Shown: piece by piece, positions 1 through 13,051 of the stretch
How positions within the stretch are numbered: the first letter of the stretch is position 1
Layout of the letters: each line of letters begins with the position of its first letter
Assembly: GCA_905612305.1 (NCBI GenBank)
Contig: CAJQRK010000007.1
Coordinates: forward strand, 11,886-75,885
Source: an uncultured Flavobacteriales bacterium
GTDB taxonomy: Bacteria; Bacteroidota; Bacteroidia; Flavobacteriales; BACL11
Length of the DNA: 64,000 nt
Direction: 5' to 3'
Notes under the pieces: generated by a model
Seen by the model: the letters and a program-made list of their open reading frames with translations, nothing else
Database searches by the model: none
What the model was told of the DNA's origin: nothing
Position numbers and translations under genes: made by a program

Positions 1-1483
1 CCATTATTTCACCTTTTCCTTCAATAACTAAGTTTCCTTTACTTATTAATTTAGGATTTGTGAAATCATCTGACAAACTTATGTCATCTACTTTTTCAGA
101 TAATATTCGTTTTATTTCTCCTGCAGCAGCTATCACCAATTTTGAACCTTCATTCAGACCGTCTCCACTGTAATCCAAAGTGTCAATAGTTGTTTTAGTT
201 TGAAAATGTAAATCTCTCTGCCAATTTACTCGCTCCAAAAAGTGTGTAAAGAATTCTCTCTCATTATTTACATTGGGAGAATACTCCTCATCACAAATAA
301 ATACATATTTTGCTAAGGACATTTGTCCTGTTCCTAAAATATGATTAGCAATGGTCAATAATTCTTGTGGTTTTCTAATTGGATTATAAGGAGTATAACG
401 TTCACTCCCTACCGCTAATAATAGAGGATGAACACCTGCAGCATCTACTGCATTAACGGTTTTCAATCCTGGAATCTCTTTTTCAATGGCTTTGCCGCTT
501 ATCTCATGAATCAAGGCGCCAAATTGAGAATCCTCTTGAGGAGGACGTCCCACAACCGTAAAAGGCCAAATAGCATTTTCTTTAGCATATACCTTTTTCA
601 CTCTCATTACTGGGAAATCATGTCTTAAACTATAATAACCCAAATGATCACCAAAAGGACCCTCAGGCTTTAACTCATTAGGATGCAATTCCCCACAAAT
701 TACAAAATCAGCATCTACTGAAATATTAAAGCCCTCTTTTTTTGCATATCGGAATCTTCTTTTTCCTAAGATTCCTGCAAAAGAAATTTCTGACATACCT
801 TCTGGCAATGGCATCACAGCTGCAAAAGTATGAGCAGGTGGCCCTCCTACAAAAACAGAAACCTTTAAAGGCTCTCCTTTTTCATTTGCTTTTTTCTGAT
901 GAACACCAATTCCTCTGTGAATTTGATAGTGCATACCCACTTCTTTATTTTGCTCATAATCATTCCCTGAAAGCTGAATGCGATACATGCCTAAATTTGA
1001 ATTCATAACTCCCGGATTTTCTACATCTTCCGAATATACTTGAGGTAAAGTAATGAATGCTCCACCATCCTCTTTCCAGCATTTTATCTGTGGAATATCT
1101 TCAATTTGTATTTCCTTAAAGCTTCTTGGAAATCTCACTTTTTGAGGAATGGAATAAATTCCATGCAAAGCAGTAAAAATTGCTTTAAATGGATTTTTAA
1201 AAGCTGAAATAGGATTTGTTTTTAGCTCAATTAATTGCTTTACTTTTTCCAAACTATCACGAAAGATAAATTTACTTCTCTCTAGCGTCCCAAATAAATT
1301 AGAAACAGCTCTAAATTTACTTCCCTTAACTTTTTCAAATAAAATGGCTTTTCCTGCTTTTGCAAATTCCTCCAAATGAATAGATGGCATTTCCAAATCA
1401 GGATTAGTTTCCTTGGTAATTTTAAGGAGCTCTCCTTTCTTTTCAAGATCAGAAATACACTGCTGTAAGGATTTGTAAGCCAT
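1..1483 (-). CDS. UbiD-family decarboxylase (partial; C-terminus lies beyond the window start)
   Basis: Absent from the ORF track because there is no stop in the window. Hand translation from ATG at 1483 gives MAYKSLQQCISDLEKKGELLKITKE... The frame is still open at pos 2 (..TNPKLISKGNLVIEGKGEIM). Internal PFGDHLGYY (~611-658) matches the UbiD GPFGDHxGYY signature. Confidence 0.8.
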   Translation of the reverse strand, partial: MAYKSLQQCISDLEKKGELLKITKETNPDLEMPSIHLEEFAKAGKAILFEKVKGSKFRAVSNLFGTLERSKFIFRDSLEKVKQLIELKTNPISAFKNPFKAIFTALHGIYSIPQKVRFPRSFKEIQIEDIPQIKCWKEDGGAFITLPQVYSEDVENPGVMNSNLGMYRIQLSGNDYEQNKEVGMHYQIHRGIGVHQKKANEKGEPLKVSVFVGGPPAHTFAAVMPLPEGMSEISFAGILGKRRFRYAKKEGFNISVDADFVICGELHPNELKPEGPFGDHLGYYSLRHDFPVMRVKKVYAKENAIWPFTVVGRPPQEDSQFGALIHEISGKAIEKEIPGLKTVNAVDAAGVHPLLLAVGSERYTPYNPIRKPQELLTIANHILGTGQMSLAKYVFICDEEYSPNVNNEREFFTHFLERVNWQRDLHFQTKTTIDTLDYSGDGLNEGSKLVIAAAGEIKRILSEKVDDISLSDDFTNPKLISKGNLVIEGKGEIM

Positions 1484-1548
1484 AGCCCAAAAATAAAAAA
1501 AAACTCAGCTAATAGCTAAATCTTTTTGTCTAAGATCTAAACAATAAA

Positions 1549-2835
1549 TTATCTATTCTCCATACTCACATATGCTCTTTCAGTAGCGCCAATATATACC
1601 TGTCTTGGCCTACCAATTGGCTCGCCATTTTCCCTCATCTCTTTCCATTGAGCAATCCAACCTGGTAATCTTCCAATTGCAAACATTACCGTAAACATAT
1701 CTGTAGGAATACCTAAAGCTCTATAAATAATTCCTGAGTAGAAATCTACATTCGGGTACAAACTTCTTTCCTTAAAGTATTTATCATTTAAGGCGACTTG
1801 CTCTAATTTCATAGCAATATCCAATATCGGGTCTTCAATTCCTAGTGCAGTTAACACATCATCTGCAGCTTTTTTGATAATAAGTGCTCTTGGATCAAAA
1901 TTCTTATATACTCTATGTCCGAATCCCATTAGACGAAATGAATCGGTTTTATCTTTTGCTTTCGCAACATACTTATCTACATCTCCACCATCAGCTTTAA
2001 TTTTTTCTAGCATTTCAATTACCGCTTGGTTAGCGCCACCGTGTAATGGACCCCAAAGTGCCGCTATCCCTGCCGAAACAGATGCATATAAACTAGCGTG
2101 AGAAGAACCTACAATCCTTACTGTTGAAGCTGAACAATTTTGCTCATGGTCAGCATGTAAGATTAATAACTTATCCAAAGCTTTTGTAACTACAGGATTT
2201 ATCTCAACATCATATGTTGGCAAACCAAACATCATGTGTAAAAAGTTTGCTGTATAATTCAACTTATTTTTAGGATACATAATTGGTTGACGCATTCTAT
2301 TTTTAAAACTCCAAGCAGCTAAGGTTGGAAGTTTAGCGATAAAACGAATAATCGTACCATTAATCTGTTCTTTGGACCGATTAGGGTCTAAGGACTTTGG
2401 ATAGAAAGCAGTTAAAGCCGAAACTAATGAAGCAAGAACTCCCATAGGGTGTGCCTTCGAAGGATAACCATCTAAGATTGATTTTACATCTTCATGTACT
2501 AATGAATGTTCTGAAATCTCTTTAGTAAATTTCTCTAATTCTTCAGCAGTTGGTAATTCGCCATATATTAATAACCAAGATACTTCTAAGAAAGAAGATT
2601 TTTCTGCTAACTCTTCAATAGAATAGCCTCTGTAACGCAAAATCCCTTTTTCACCATTCAAAAAAGTAATTGCACTTTCAGTTGAGCCTGTATTTTTAAA
2701 CCCTCTGTCCAAAGTAATCAGTCCTGATTCTTCTCTTAATTTACTTATATCTAGCGCATTTTCATTTTCTGTTCCTGTTACTACTGGAATATCAAATACT
2801 TTTCCGTCATAATGTAGCTCTGCTTTCTTACCCAT
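1549..2835 (-). CDS. gltA: citrate synthase
   Basis: 428-aa full-length ORF with citrate synthase signatures GFGHRVYKNFDPRA and HADHEQNCS. Confidence 0.95.
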   Translation of the reverse strand: MGKKAELHYDGKVFDIPVVTGTENENALDISKLREESGLITLDRGFKNTGSTESAITFLNGEKGILRYRGYSIEELAEKSSFLEVSWLLIYGELPTAEELEKFTKEISEHSLVHEDVKSILDGYPSKAHPMGVLASLVSALTAFYPKSLDPNRSKEQINGTIIRFIAKLPTLAAWSFKNRMRQPIMYPKNKLNYTANFLHMMFGLPTYDVEINPVVTKALDKLLILHADHEQNCSASTVRIVGSSHASLYASVSAGIAALWGPLHGGANQAVIEMLEKIKADGGDVDKYVAKAKDKTDSFRLMGFGHRVYKNFDPRALIIKKAADDVLTALGIEDPILDIAMKLEQVALNDKYFKERSLYPNVDFYSGIIYRALGIPTDMFTVMFAIGRLPGWIAQWKEMRENGEPIGRPRQVYIGATERAYVSMENR

Positions 2836-2870
2836 TTTCTATCTTTTTATTTAATCGCTAATATAATCTT

Positions 2871-5277
<2,407 letters not shown>

Positions 5278-5280
5278 TCT

Positions 5281-5288
5281 CAAATTTA
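5281..5288 (-). promoter_or_regulatory. candidate Bacteroidota sigma-A -7 box (TAnnTTTG) for carA
   Basis: The minus strand reads TAAATTTG, only 3 nt upstream of the carA ATG and just downstream of the rplQ terminator. This implies a leaderless or near-leaderless mRNA. Confidence 0.3.
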
Positions 5289-5291
5289 TTT

Positions 5292-5325
5292 ATAAAAAAA
5301 GGATAAAACCTAAGCTTTACCCTTT
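5292..5325 (-). terminator. Rho-independent terminator after rplQ
   Basis: Minus strand: AAGGGTAAA-GCTTAGGT-TTTATCCTT (9 bp including one G-U) followed by TTTTTATA. It lies 28 nt after the rplQ stop. Confidence 0.5.
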
Positions 5326-5352
5326 CTTAAAATCTTAAAAAGAAGTTATATA

Positions 5353-5988
5353 CTACTCTCCTTCTTCTTTTTTTTCTTCAGAGTTATTTGCTTCTTCTTT
5401 AGTTTCTTCCTCATCTTTTGATTCTTCTACTACTTCTTCAACAGCAACTTCAGTAGTTTCCTCAGATTTTGATTCTTCTACTACTTCTTCAACAGCAACT
5501 TCAGTAGTTTCCTCAGATTTTGATTCTTCCACTACAACCGCATCCTCAACAGTAGGCGCTATAGCTTCTCCACTTTTCTTTTTCGCTCTTCTAGCTTTTT
5601 TACGCTTAGGTTTGTCAGTTGTATATTCTTCATTATAATCAACTAATTCAATAAATGCCATTTGTGCATTATCACCTAATCTGTTGCTTAATTTCAAAAT
5701 CCTAGTGTATCCTCCTGGTCTGTCAGCAACCTTAGTAGCAATATCACTAAATAATTCAGTAATTGCCTGTTTTTGCTTTAAGTAAGAAAATACAGTTCGT
5801 CTTGAGTGCGTAGTGTCGTCTTTTGATTTTGTAATCAAAGGTTCAATATATACTCTTAAAGCTTTAGCTTTTGCTAAAGTCGTTTTAATTCTTTTGTGCT
5901 CAATTAATGAACATGCCATATTAGCAAGCATTGATTTTCTATGAGCAGCTTTTCTTCCTAAATGATTGAATTTCTTTCCGTGTCTCAT
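5353..5988 (-). CDS. rplQ: 50S ribosomal protein bL17 with 94-aa acidic C-terminal extension
   Basis: Residues 1-117 are bL17 ([12 protein letters not shown]...GGYTRILKL...FIELVD). Last gene of the alpha operon, after rpoA. The tail is E/K/T/V-rich and internally repeated. Confidence 0.93.
   Translation of the reverse strand: MRHGKKFNHLGRKAAHRKSMLANMACSLIEHKRIKTTLAKAKALRVYIEPLITKSKDDTTHSRRTVFSYLKQKQAITELFSDIATKVADRPGGYTRILKLSNRLGDNAQMAFIELVDYNEEYTTDKPKRKKARRAKKKSGEAIAPTVEDAVVVEESKSEETTEVAVEEVVEESKSEETTEVAVEEVVEESKDEEETKEEANNSEEKKEEGE
5419..5535 (-). repeat. 51-nt tandem repeat (2 perfect copies plus a ~15-nt partial third) inside the rplQ tail
   Basis: 5419-5469 and 5470-5520 are identical (tgattcttctactacttcttcaacagcaacttcagtagtttcctcagattt). 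They encode [17 protein letters not shown] twice. Confidence 0.95.
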
Positions 5989-5992
5989 TTTT

Positions 5993-6976
5993 CTAGTCGT
6001 TATCTAAATTATACTTTCTAATATCAAAGCCAAAAGTTAATCTTTTATCCTTTATTAAATCTTCTAATTCAGAAAGTGACTTTTTTCCAAAATTTCTAAA
6101 TTTTAACATATCCGATTTTTTGAAAGAAACTAATTCACCTAATGTATATACTTCTGCGGTTTTTAAGCAATTTAACGCTCTAACTGATAAACCAAACTCA
6201 GTAAGGTCAGTTTTCAATAACTGACGCATATGCAAAGTGTCTTCATCAAATTCTTCAACGGCATCTTCTTCTAGACTAATTTTCTCATCAGAAAATAACA
6301 TGAAGTGTTGAATTAATATTTTTGAAGCTTCAGTCAAAGCTTGTTTTGGATCAATTGAACCATCAGTAGTAATATTTAAGTTTAACTTCTCAAAATCAGT
6401 TTTTTGTCCAACTCTGTAATCCTCAACATTATAATTTACATTCTTGATAGGTGTAAAGATAGAGTCAATAGCAATTGTACCTATTGGAGCATCTTCTATT
6501 TCATTAGCTTCAGCTGGCACATACCCTCTACCTTTAGCAATAGTAAATTCCATTTCAAATGTTGCTTTTTTATCCAACGCGCAAATAATTTGCTCAGGAT
6601 TTAATACTTGAAAATTAGATAAACTACTTGCTAAATCAGTAGCAGTTATAACATCCCTTTTACTTACTTTTAAAGTAGCGACTTCCACTTCAATTGAATC
6701 AATTTGTTGTTTAAATCTAATTTGTTTAAGGTTCAATATAATTTCAGTAACATCCTGTACAATACCTTCAATGGTTGAAAACTCATGATCAACACCTTGA
6801 ATTCTAATTGATGTAATGGCATAGCCTTCAAGTGAAGATAATAAGACTCTTCTTAACGCATTTCCTACTGTTAAACCATAACCAGGCTCTAAAGGGCGAA
6901 ACTCAAAGTTTCCTTGATTAGCTTTTTCCTTAATCATTACTACTTCATCCGGTTTTTGAAAATCTAAAATTGGCAT
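5993..6976 (-). CDS. rpoA: DNA-directed RNA polymerase alpha subunit
   Basis: 327 aa with alpha NTD and CTD (..[10 protein letters not shown]..). Sits between rpsD and rplQ. Confidence 0.97.
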   Translation of the reverse strand: MPILDFQKPDEVVMIKEKANQGNFEFRPLEPGYGLTVGNALRRVLLSSLEGYAITSIRIQGVDHEFSTIEGIVQDVTEIILNLKQIRFKQQIDSIEVEVATLKVSKRDVITATDLASSLSNFQVLNPEQIICALDKKATFEMEFTIAKGRGYVPAEANEIEDAPIGTIAIDSIFTPIKNVNYNVEDYRVGQKTDFEKLNLNITTDGSIDPKQALTEASKILIQHFMLFSDEKISLEEDAVEEFDEDTLHMRQLLKTDLTEFGLSVRALNCLKTAEVYTLGELVSFKKSDMLKFRNFGKKSLSELEDLIKDKRLTFGFDIRKYNLDND

Positions 6977-6999
6977 ATTTTTTATTTTTTTAATTATTC

Positions 7000-7605
7000 T
7001 TATTTGGAGTACAATTCAACAATTAACTGCTCCTTAATGTTTTCAGGAATCTGAATTCTTTCAGGTGCGGCAATAACTTTACCTAATTGAGTTTCTCCAT
7101 TCCATTCCAACCATTCCATTTGACTAGTACTAGAAGTAATTGAATTTGTAATTGTTTCTAAGGATTTTGAACGCGTACGCACAGTAACTTGATCACCCAC
7201 TCTTAAAGCGTATGATGGAATATTAATATTTTCACCATTAACTGTAATATGTCTATGAGTAACTAACTGACGAGCAGCTCTTCTTGTAGGAGCAATACCC
7301 AAACGGTACACAACATTGTCCAAACGCATTTCACATATTTGTAATAAGTTTTCACCTGTAACTCCTTTTCTTCTAAGTGCTTCTTTAAATAAATTAGAAA
7401 ATTGCTTTTCTAAAATTCCGTAAGTAAACTTAGCTTTTTGTTTTTCCATTAATTGCACCCCATATTCGGATTGTTTACCTCTCCTTCTTTGGTTGCCGTG
7501 CTGCCCCGGACCGTAAGCTTTTTTAGATAATGCTTTATCTGGACCAAAAATTGGTTCTCCAAATCTTCTTGCAATTCTTGATGTTGGACCTGTATATCTT
7601 GCCAT
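7000..7605 (-). CDS. rpsD: 30S ribosomal protein uS4
   Basis: 201 aa, [14 protein letters not shown] start, S4 RNA-binding domain, alpha-operon position. Confidence 0.97.
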   Translation of the reverse strand: MARYTGPTSRIARRFGEPIFGPDKALSKKAYGPGQHGNQRRRGKQSEYGVQLMEKQKAKFTYGILEKQFSNLFKEALRRKGVTGENLLQICEMRLDNVVYRLGIAPTRRAARQLVTHRHITVNGENINIPSYALRVGDQVTVRTRSKSLETITNSITSSTSQMEWLEWNGETQLGKVIAAPERIQIPENIKEQLIVELYSK

Positions 7606-7626
7606 ATCTTTATCTTAATATATAAA

Positions 7627-8007
7627 TTAAACTCTTCGCTTTTTTGGTGGACGACATCCATTGTGTGGCAATGGAGTAACATCTACAATCTCAGTAACAA
7701 TGATACCAGAATTATGAAGCGTTCTGATAGCTGACTCTCTACCTTGACCAGGTCCTTTTACATAAACTTTTACTTTTTTCAACCCTTTCTCAAGAGCTAC
7801 TTTTGAACAATCCTCTGCGGCCATTTGTGCTGCATAAGGAGTGTTCTTTTTTGAACCTCTGAATCCCATTTTACCAGCTGAAGACCAAGAAATAACTTGT
7901 CCTCCTTTATTGGTAAGGGAGATAATAATATTATTAAAAGTTGCTTGAATGTGAGCTTCACCTTCTACCTCAACTCTTACTGTGTTTTTTTTTGTTGTTT
8001 TTGCCAT
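7627..8007 (-). CDS. rpsK: 30S ribosomal protein uS11
   Basis: 126 aa, ..[14 protein letters not shown].. motif, position between rpsM and rpsD. Confidence 0.97.
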   Translation of the reverse strand: MAKTTKKNTVRVEVEGEAHIQATFNNIIISLTNKGGQVISWSSAGKMGFRGSKKNTPYAAQMAAEDCSKVALEKGLKKVKVYVKGPGQGRESAIRTLHNSGIIVTEIVDVTPLPHNGCRPPKKRRV

Positions 8008-8016
8008 ACTTAATAA

Positions 8017-8394
8017 TTATTTAGCAGCTACTTTTTTATTAGCAACCGTTTTTCGTTTTCCTTTTCTTGTTCTAGAATTGTTTTTTGTTTTTTGTCCTCT
8101 TAAGGGCAAGCCCATTCTATGACGAATACCTCTGTAGCACCCAATGTCCATTAATCTCTTAATGTTCATTTTTGTTTCAGCTCTCAGCTCACCTTCAACA
8201 GTATGTTTATTTCCAATAATTGCTCTAATAGCATTTGCTTGGTCATCCGTCCAGTCTTGAATTTTAATATCATGAGAAATATTTGCCTCATCTAAAATTG
8301 ATGCTGCAAAAGATGGGCCAATTCCGTAAATATAAGTTAATCCAATAACTCCTCTTTTATTTTTTGGTAAATCAATACCTCTAATTCTTGCCAT
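8017..8394 (-). CDS. rpsM: 30S ribosomal protein uS13
   Basis: 125 aa, [10 protein letters not shown] start typical of uS13. Confidence 0.97.
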   Translation of the reverse strand: MARIRGIDLPKNKRGVIGLTYIYGIGPSFAASILDEANISHDIKIQDWTDDQANAIRAIIGNKHTVEGELRAETKMNIKRLMDIGCYRGIRHRMGLPLRGQKTKNNSRTRKGKRKTVANKKVAAK

Positions 8395-8396
8395 TA

Positions 8397-8513
8397 TTAT
8401 CCTTGTCTTTGTTTATATCTTGGGTTCTTCTTATTGATTACATAAACTCGTCCTTTTCTTTTGACGATCTTGCAATCTTCACTTCTTTTTTTTACTGATG
8501 CTCGTACTTTCAT
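8397..8513 (-). CDS. rpmJ: 50S ribosomal protein bL36
   Basis: Too short for the ORF track. Hand translation gives [38 protein letters not shown] (38 aa, single-Cys non-zinc form). Canonical slot between infA and rpsM. Confidence 0.92.
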   Translation of the reverse strand: MKVRASVKKRSEDCKIVKRKGRVYVINKKNPRYKQRQG

Positions 8514-8528
8514 TTTCTTTTAATTTTA

Positions 8529-8744
8529 TTAGTACCTATATGTTATTCTTCCTTTTGTTAAATCATATGGTGACATCTCCATCTTTACTTTATCGCCAGG
8601 CAACAATTTAATATAAAATTTTCTCATCTTGCCTGAAATATGCGCAACTACTTCATGCCCATTTTCCAATTCAACACGAAACATAGCATTTGACAATGCT
8701 TGTTTTATCGTTCCGTCCAATTCTATGTTAGCTTGTTTAGCCAT
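8529..8744 (-). CDS. infA: translation initiation factor IF-1
   Basis: 71 aa, S1-like fold sequence (..[25 protein letters not shown]..). Confidence 0.96.
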   Translation of the reverse strand: MAKQANIELDGTIKQALSNAMFRVELENGHEVVAHISGKMRKFYIKLLPGDKVKMEMSPYDLTKGRITYRY

Positions 8745-9513
8745 TTATCTTTTTTTCTATTTCTTCAAAACTTGATAATATTTCTGCTTTTCCCTTTCGA
8801 ACTACAATTGTATGTTCAAAATGTGCAGATGGTTTATTATCAATAGTTGTTATTGTCCATCCATCATTATGTTGCATAATACGCTTAGTTCCCATATTAA
8901 TCATAGGTTCTATCGCAATTACTAACCCCTCTTTAAGCAGTATGCCTTTTCCTTTTCTGCCATAATTTGGAACCTCAGGTGATTCGTGTAAGTTTTGACC
9001 TACACCATGCCCTACCAATTCCCTTACCACCCCATATCCAAAGCTTTCAGCATGTTGCTGTACGGCATAACCAATATCACCAATTCTATTTCCGGCAAAT
9101 GCTTGTTCAATCCCCTTATAAAGCGACTCTTTTGTTACTTTCAGTAATTGTTTTGTTTCAGCATCTACTTCTTCACCAACTTCATAAGTAAAAGCAGAAT
9201 CTCCATAATAGTCGTTCATCACTACTCCACAATCAACCGATAAAATTTCGCCATCTTCAAGTACTTTATCATTTGGGATACCATGCACCACCTGTTCATT
9301 TGGCGACATACATAAGGTATTTGGAAAGCCTCCATAGCCCTTAAAGGCGGGAGCTCCTCCATTATCCCTGATAAACTCTTCAGCAATTTTATCTAATGCT
9401 AGGGTAGTAATCCCTGGTTTTATCAGCCCTGCTATTTCAGCATGGGTTTTTGCAACAAGTAAAGAACTTTTTCTTACTAACTCTATCTCTTCTTCTGTCT
9501 TATAATAAATCAT
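8737..9513 (-). CDS. map: type I methionine aminopeptidase
   Basis: 258 aa. Metal-ligand regions [15 protein letters not shown] and [12 protein letters not shown]. Overlaps infA by 8 nt. Confidence 0.95.
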   Translation of the reverse strand: MIYYKTEEEIELVRKSSLLVAKTHAEIAGLIKPGITTLALDKIAEEFIRDNGGAPAFKGYGGFPNTLCMSPNEQVVHGIPNDKVLEDGEILSVDCGVVMNDYYGDSAFTYEVGEEVDAETKQLLKVTKESLYKGIEQAFAGNRIGDIGYAVQQHAESFGYGVVRELVGHGVGQNLHESPEVPNYGRKGKGILLKEGLVIAIEPMINMGTKRIMQHNDGWTITTIDNKPSAHFEHTIVVRKGKAEILSSFEEIEKKING

Positions 9514-9525
9514 AAGCCAATATGA

Positions 9526-10923
9526 TTACATCATATTTCCAGAAGACTTTCCTTTAATCCTTCCTGAGTCCATTAACCCATCATAATGACGCATTAATAA
9601 ATGACTCTCAATTTGTTGTAATGTATCTAACACTACACCTACTAAAATTAATAATGAAGTACCACCATAAAATTGGGCAAACTGCATGTTAACTCCTGCT
9701 GCCATTGCAAATGCTGGCAAAATAGCTACTAAACCTAAAAACATAGATCCTGGCAATGTAATTCTTGACATTACGGTATCTAAATAATCAGCTGTAGATC
9801 TTCCTGGCTTTATACCTGGAATAAATCCTCCATTCTTTTTCATATCATCAGCCATTTGGTTAGGATTAACTGTCATGGCTGTGTAAAAATAAGTAAACGC
9901 TACAATCATTACAAAGAATAAAAAGTTATACCAGAATCCTCCAAAATCCTGTAGTGCAAATTTAATGCCAGTTAAGCTTTCATTGTCAGAAAAACCCATC
10001 AAAGTAATAGGCACAAACATGATCGCTTGTGCAAAGATGATTGGCATAACTCCTGCGGCATTTACTTTCAAAGGAATGAATTGTCTTACTCCTCCATATT
10101 GTTTATTTCCAACTACTCTTTTAGCATACTGCACAGGAATTCTTCTTGTGCCTTGAACCAAAAGGATCGTTACTAAAATTACAAATAACAAAACTAACAT
10201 CTCTACAAGGAAAACAATTAAACCACCTCCTGCTGCACCTAAAGCAGAAACAAATTCTAGCCCTAATGATTGTGGTAAGCTTGCAATAATACCAATCATA
10301 ATTATTAATGAAATTCCGTTACCAATTCCTCTATCTGTAATTTTTTCACCTAACCACATTACAAACATTGTTCCTGTAATCAAAGTAATTACTGACATAA
10401 GCCAAAAAGTACTTGTAATCTCATTATTTGCAAAAACAAAAGCAAAATCCTCATCTAGAATGTCAGGTGTCATATCAATTGGATTATTTATCCATTTACT
10501 TTTTAAATTAGCAATAAAAGCAGGAGCTTGACCTCCTGTGATGACGATAGTTAACCACCTTGTAATGTTGTTAATCTTTCTTCTTCCACTCTCTCCTTCT
10601 TTTTGTAGTTTTTGGAAATAAGGAACGGCCATTCCTAATAACTGAATTACAATAGAAGCTGAGATGTAAGGCATAATCCCTAAAGCAAAAATAGATGCCT
10701 GAGAAAATGCTCCACCTGTAAACATATTCAACAATCCTAATAATCCATCAGGCGCATTATTAGGATCTGCATTAGCAACTGAGAGTGCGGCAGCATTAAT
10801 CCCTGGCAAAACAACAAAAGAACCTAATCTATAAATAGCTAGAATACCTAAAGTTACTAAAATTCGATTTCTCAAATCTTCAATATTCCAAATATTCTTT
10901 ATTGTTTCTATTAATTTTCTCAT
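9526..10923 (-). CDS. secY: preprotein translocase subunit SecY
   Basis: 465 aa polytopic membrane protein in the canonical position after rplO. Confidence 0.96.
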   Translation of the reverse strand: MRKLIETIKNIWNIEDLRNRILVTLGILAIYRLGSFVVLPGINAAALSVANADPNNAPDGLLGLLNMFTGGAFSQASIFALGIMPYISASIVIQLLGMAVPYFQKLQKEGESGRRKINNITRWLTIVITGGQAPAFIANLKSKWINNPIDMTPDILDEDFAFVFANNEITSTFWLMSVITLITGTMFVMWLGEKITDRGIGNGISLIIMIGIIASLPQSLGLEFVSALGAAGGGLIVFLVEMLVLLFVILVTILLVQGTRRIPVQYAKRVVGNKQYGGVRQFIPLKVNAAGVMPIIFAQAIMFVPITLMGFSDNESLTGIKFALQDFGGFWYNFLFFVMIVAFTYFYTAMTVNPNQMADDMKKNGGFIPGIKPGRSTADYLDTVMSRITLPGSMFLGLVAILPAFAMAAGVNMQFAQFYGGTSLLILVGVVLDTLQQIESHLLMRHYDGLMDSGRIKGKSSGNMM

Positions 10924-10924
10924 T

Positions 10925-11380
10925 TTACTTTTCTATAACACTTGTAGTTCCGCCTGCTTTTTCAATTGCTGCTTTTGCAGTTGCAGAAAATGCATTAACT
11001 ATAATATCTAATTTTGCAGTTAATTCTCCTCTTCCTAAAACTTTTACTAAATCATTTTTTTGTACAAGACCATTATCGATCAAATCCTGTTTTAAAATAG
11101 TTCCCTTCAATTTTTTTGTATCTACTAAAGCTTGAATAGTATCCAAATTCACACCATTATATTCTACTCTATTCGGGTTAGTAAAGCCAAACTTAGGCAC
11201 TCTTCTTTGTAAAGGTTGTTGTCCTCCCTCAAATCCAATTTTCTTTGAATATCCTGAACGAGATTTTTGACCATTATGTCCTCTTGTAGAAGTACCTCCT
11301 CTCTTAGAGCCTTCTCCTCTACCTACTCTTTTAGTACTCTTAATTGACCCTTCTGCAGGTTTTAAATTATGTAATTCCAT
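10925..11380 (-). CDS. rplO: 50S ribosomal protein uL15
   Basis: 151 aa, ..RVGRGEGSKRGGTSTRGHNGQ.. G/R-rich N-terminus typical of uL15. Confidence 0.96.
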   Translation of the reverse strand: MELHNLKPAEGSIKSTKRVGRGEGSKRGGTSTRGHNGQKSRSGYSKKIGFEGGQQPLQRRVPKFGFTNPNRVEYNGVNLDTIQALVDTKKLKGTILKQDLIDNGLVQKNDLVKVLGRGELTAKLDIIVNAFSATAKAAIEKAGGTTSVIEK

Positions 11381-11388
11381 ATCTGATA

Positions 11389-11565
11389 TTATTCTACTAC
11401 AGTTATTAAGTGTTTAATTTTAGCAACCATTCCTAAAATTTGTGGCGTTGCAGTATGCTCTACCACTGACTGCATCTTTCTTAATCCCAATGCATCCAAC
11501 GTTCTCTTTTGATCTTTTGGTCTTCCAATTCTACTTCTAACTTGTTTAATCTTAATCTTATCCAT
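11389..11565 (-). CDS. rpmD: 50S ribosomal protein uL30
   Basis: Too short for the ORF track. Hand translation gives MDKIKIKQVRSRIGRPKDQKRTLDALGLRKMQSVVEHTATPQILGMVAKIKHLITVVE (58 aa). Slot between rpsE and rplO. Confidence 0.92.
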   Translation of the reverse strand: MDKIKIKQVRSRIGRPKDQKRTLDALGLRKMQSVVEHTATPQILGMVAKIKHLITVVE

Positions 11566-11575
11566 GATGAATATA

Positions 11576-12100
11576 TTATCCGTTAAATACTTGATCCATT
11601 GTTATTCCTCTTTGCATTGCAATAGTTCTTGCATCTCTCAATTCTAATAAAGCTTTTAAAGTTGCTTTTACTAAGTTATGCGGATTTGATGAACCTTTAG
11701 ATTTTGCCAATACATCTTTTACTCCAGCACTCTCCAAAACCGCACGCATTGCACCCCCAGCTTTTACTCCTGTACCAGGTGATGCGGGCTTAATTAAAAC
11801 TTGAGAGCCACTGAACTTAGATGCTTGTTCATGAGGAATTGTTCCTTTATAAATAGGTATTTTTACTAAATTCTTTTTGGCAGCCTCAATTCCTTTAGCA
11901 ATAGCAGTAGCAACATCTTTCGATTTTCCTAAACCAATACCAACAATACTTTTTTCATCACCAACTACAACAATAGCTGAAAATCCAAAAGCTCTACCAC
12001 CTTTAGTAACTTTTACTACTCTTTGTATTCCAACTAATCTGTCTTTCAACTCGATATCACCAGAAATATTTACTTTTTTATTTTGTGCTAATTTTAACAT
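11576..12100 (-). CDS. rpsE: 30S ribosomal protein uS5
   Basis: 174 aa, ..[22 protein letters not shown].. motif. Confidence 0.97.
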   Translation of the reverse strand: MLKLAQNKKVNISGDIELKDRLVGIQRVVKVTKGGRAFGFSAIVVVGDEKSIVGIGLGKSKDVATAIAKGIEAAKKNLVKIPIYKGTIPHEQASKFSGSQVLIKPASPGTGVKAGGAMRAVLESAGVKDVLAKSKGSSNPHNLVKATLKALLELRDARTIAMQRGITMDQVFNG

Positions 12101-12109
12101 ATCTAATTC

Positions 12110-12460
12110 TTAAAATTTTAATCCTTCCTCACGAGCTGAATCAGCCAATGCCTTAACTCTTCCGTGATATAAAAAACCACCTCTATCAAATACCACAGTA
12201 TCAATTCCTGCAGCTTTAGCATTAACAGCAATTAATTTACCTACCGCTGAAGCTTGTTCAATCTTAGTTGCTTTTTTACCTTCTAATGATTTATCTGATG
12301 AAGAAGCAGCTGCTAATGTATTACCGGCAATATCATCAATTAATTGTACGTAAATCTGTTTATTAGATCTAAACACGGCTAATCTAGGTCTTTCAGTAGT
12401 ACCAGAAACTTTCTTTCTAATAGCATATCTTACTTTTTGTCTAGAGTCTATTTTTTTCAT
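12110..12460 (-). CDS. rplR: 50S ribosomal protein uL18
   Basis: 116 aa, ..[18 protein letters not shown].. and ..[17 protein letters not shown].. Confidence 0.97.
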   Translation of the reverse strand: MKKIDSRQKVRYAIRKKVSGTTERPRLAVFRSNKQIYVQLIDDIAGNTLAAASSSDKSLEGKKATKIEQASAVGKLIAVNAKAAGIDTVVFDRGGFLYHGRVKALADSAREEGLKF

Positions 12461-12473
12461 CTTCTATCTATTT

Positions 12474-13028
12474 TTATTTTGCAGCAGCTGTTTTACCCGC
12501 TTTCTTTCTAACATATTCATCTACATATCTAATCCCTTTGCCTTTGTAAGGTTCAGGTTTTCTTTCAGCTCTAACTCTTGCCGCATATGCACCAACCAAT
12601 TGTTTGTCATTTCCAAAAATAGTTACAGTTGGAGCTTTACCTTTTTCTGTTTCAGCAGTAACCTTTAATTCAGTTGGAATCTCAAATACAATATTATGAG
12701 AATAACCTGCTGAAATATCTAAACCATTACCTTCAGTAACAGCTCTATATCCGACACCTCTTAATTCTAATTTTTTTGTGAATCCATTACTAACACCTTC
12801 AATCATATTGGCAATTAAAGCTCTATATAAACCATGCTTAGATCTATACTCTTTATCGTCAGATTCTCTTGATAAGGCAATTAAATTATCAGTAATTGTT
12901 ACAGTTATACTTGCATCAATATCTTGAGAAAGCTCACCTAATTTTCCTTTTACCGTTACAATAGTGCCTTCTAGAGTTACAGCAACTCCTTCAGTAATTG
13001 TTATTGGACTTTTTCCTATTCTTGACAT
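12474..13028 (-). CDS. rplF: 50S ribosomal protein uL6
   Basis: 184 aa, MSRIGKSPI start, spc-operon position. Confidence 0.97.
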   Translation of the reverse strand: MSRIGKSPITITEGVAVTLEGTIVTVKGKLGELSQDIDASITVTITDNLIALSRESDDKEYRSKHGLYRALIANMIEGVSNGFTKKLELRGVGYRAVTEGNGLDISAGYSHNIVFEIPTELKVTAETEKGKAPTVTIFGNDKQLVGAYAARVRAERKPEPYKGKGIRYVDEYVRKKAGKTAAAK

Positions 13029-13051
13029 TATTCCTAATTCTTTATCTTACT

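Noticed and set aside
428-1008. Track ORFs 428..628 (+) and 742..1008 (+).
   Set aside because: They lie antisense to the long open UbiD-like frame that runs from 1483 off the window edge. They are low-complexity, have no recognisable motifs, and are typical shadow ORFs.
5419-5535. The 51-nt tandem repeat, considered as a CRISPR-like or minisatellite element.
   Set aside because: There are no spacers. The units are directly adjacent, in frame, and inside the rplQ coding sequence, so it is a coding tandem duplication and not a CRISPR array.
7449-7682. 77-aa ORF on the minus strand spanning the rpsD/rpsK junction.
   Set aside because: It is out of frame and overlaps the 5' end of rpsD and the 3' end of rpsK. 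The sequence is not protein-like. Two well-supported ribosomal genes already explain the DNA.
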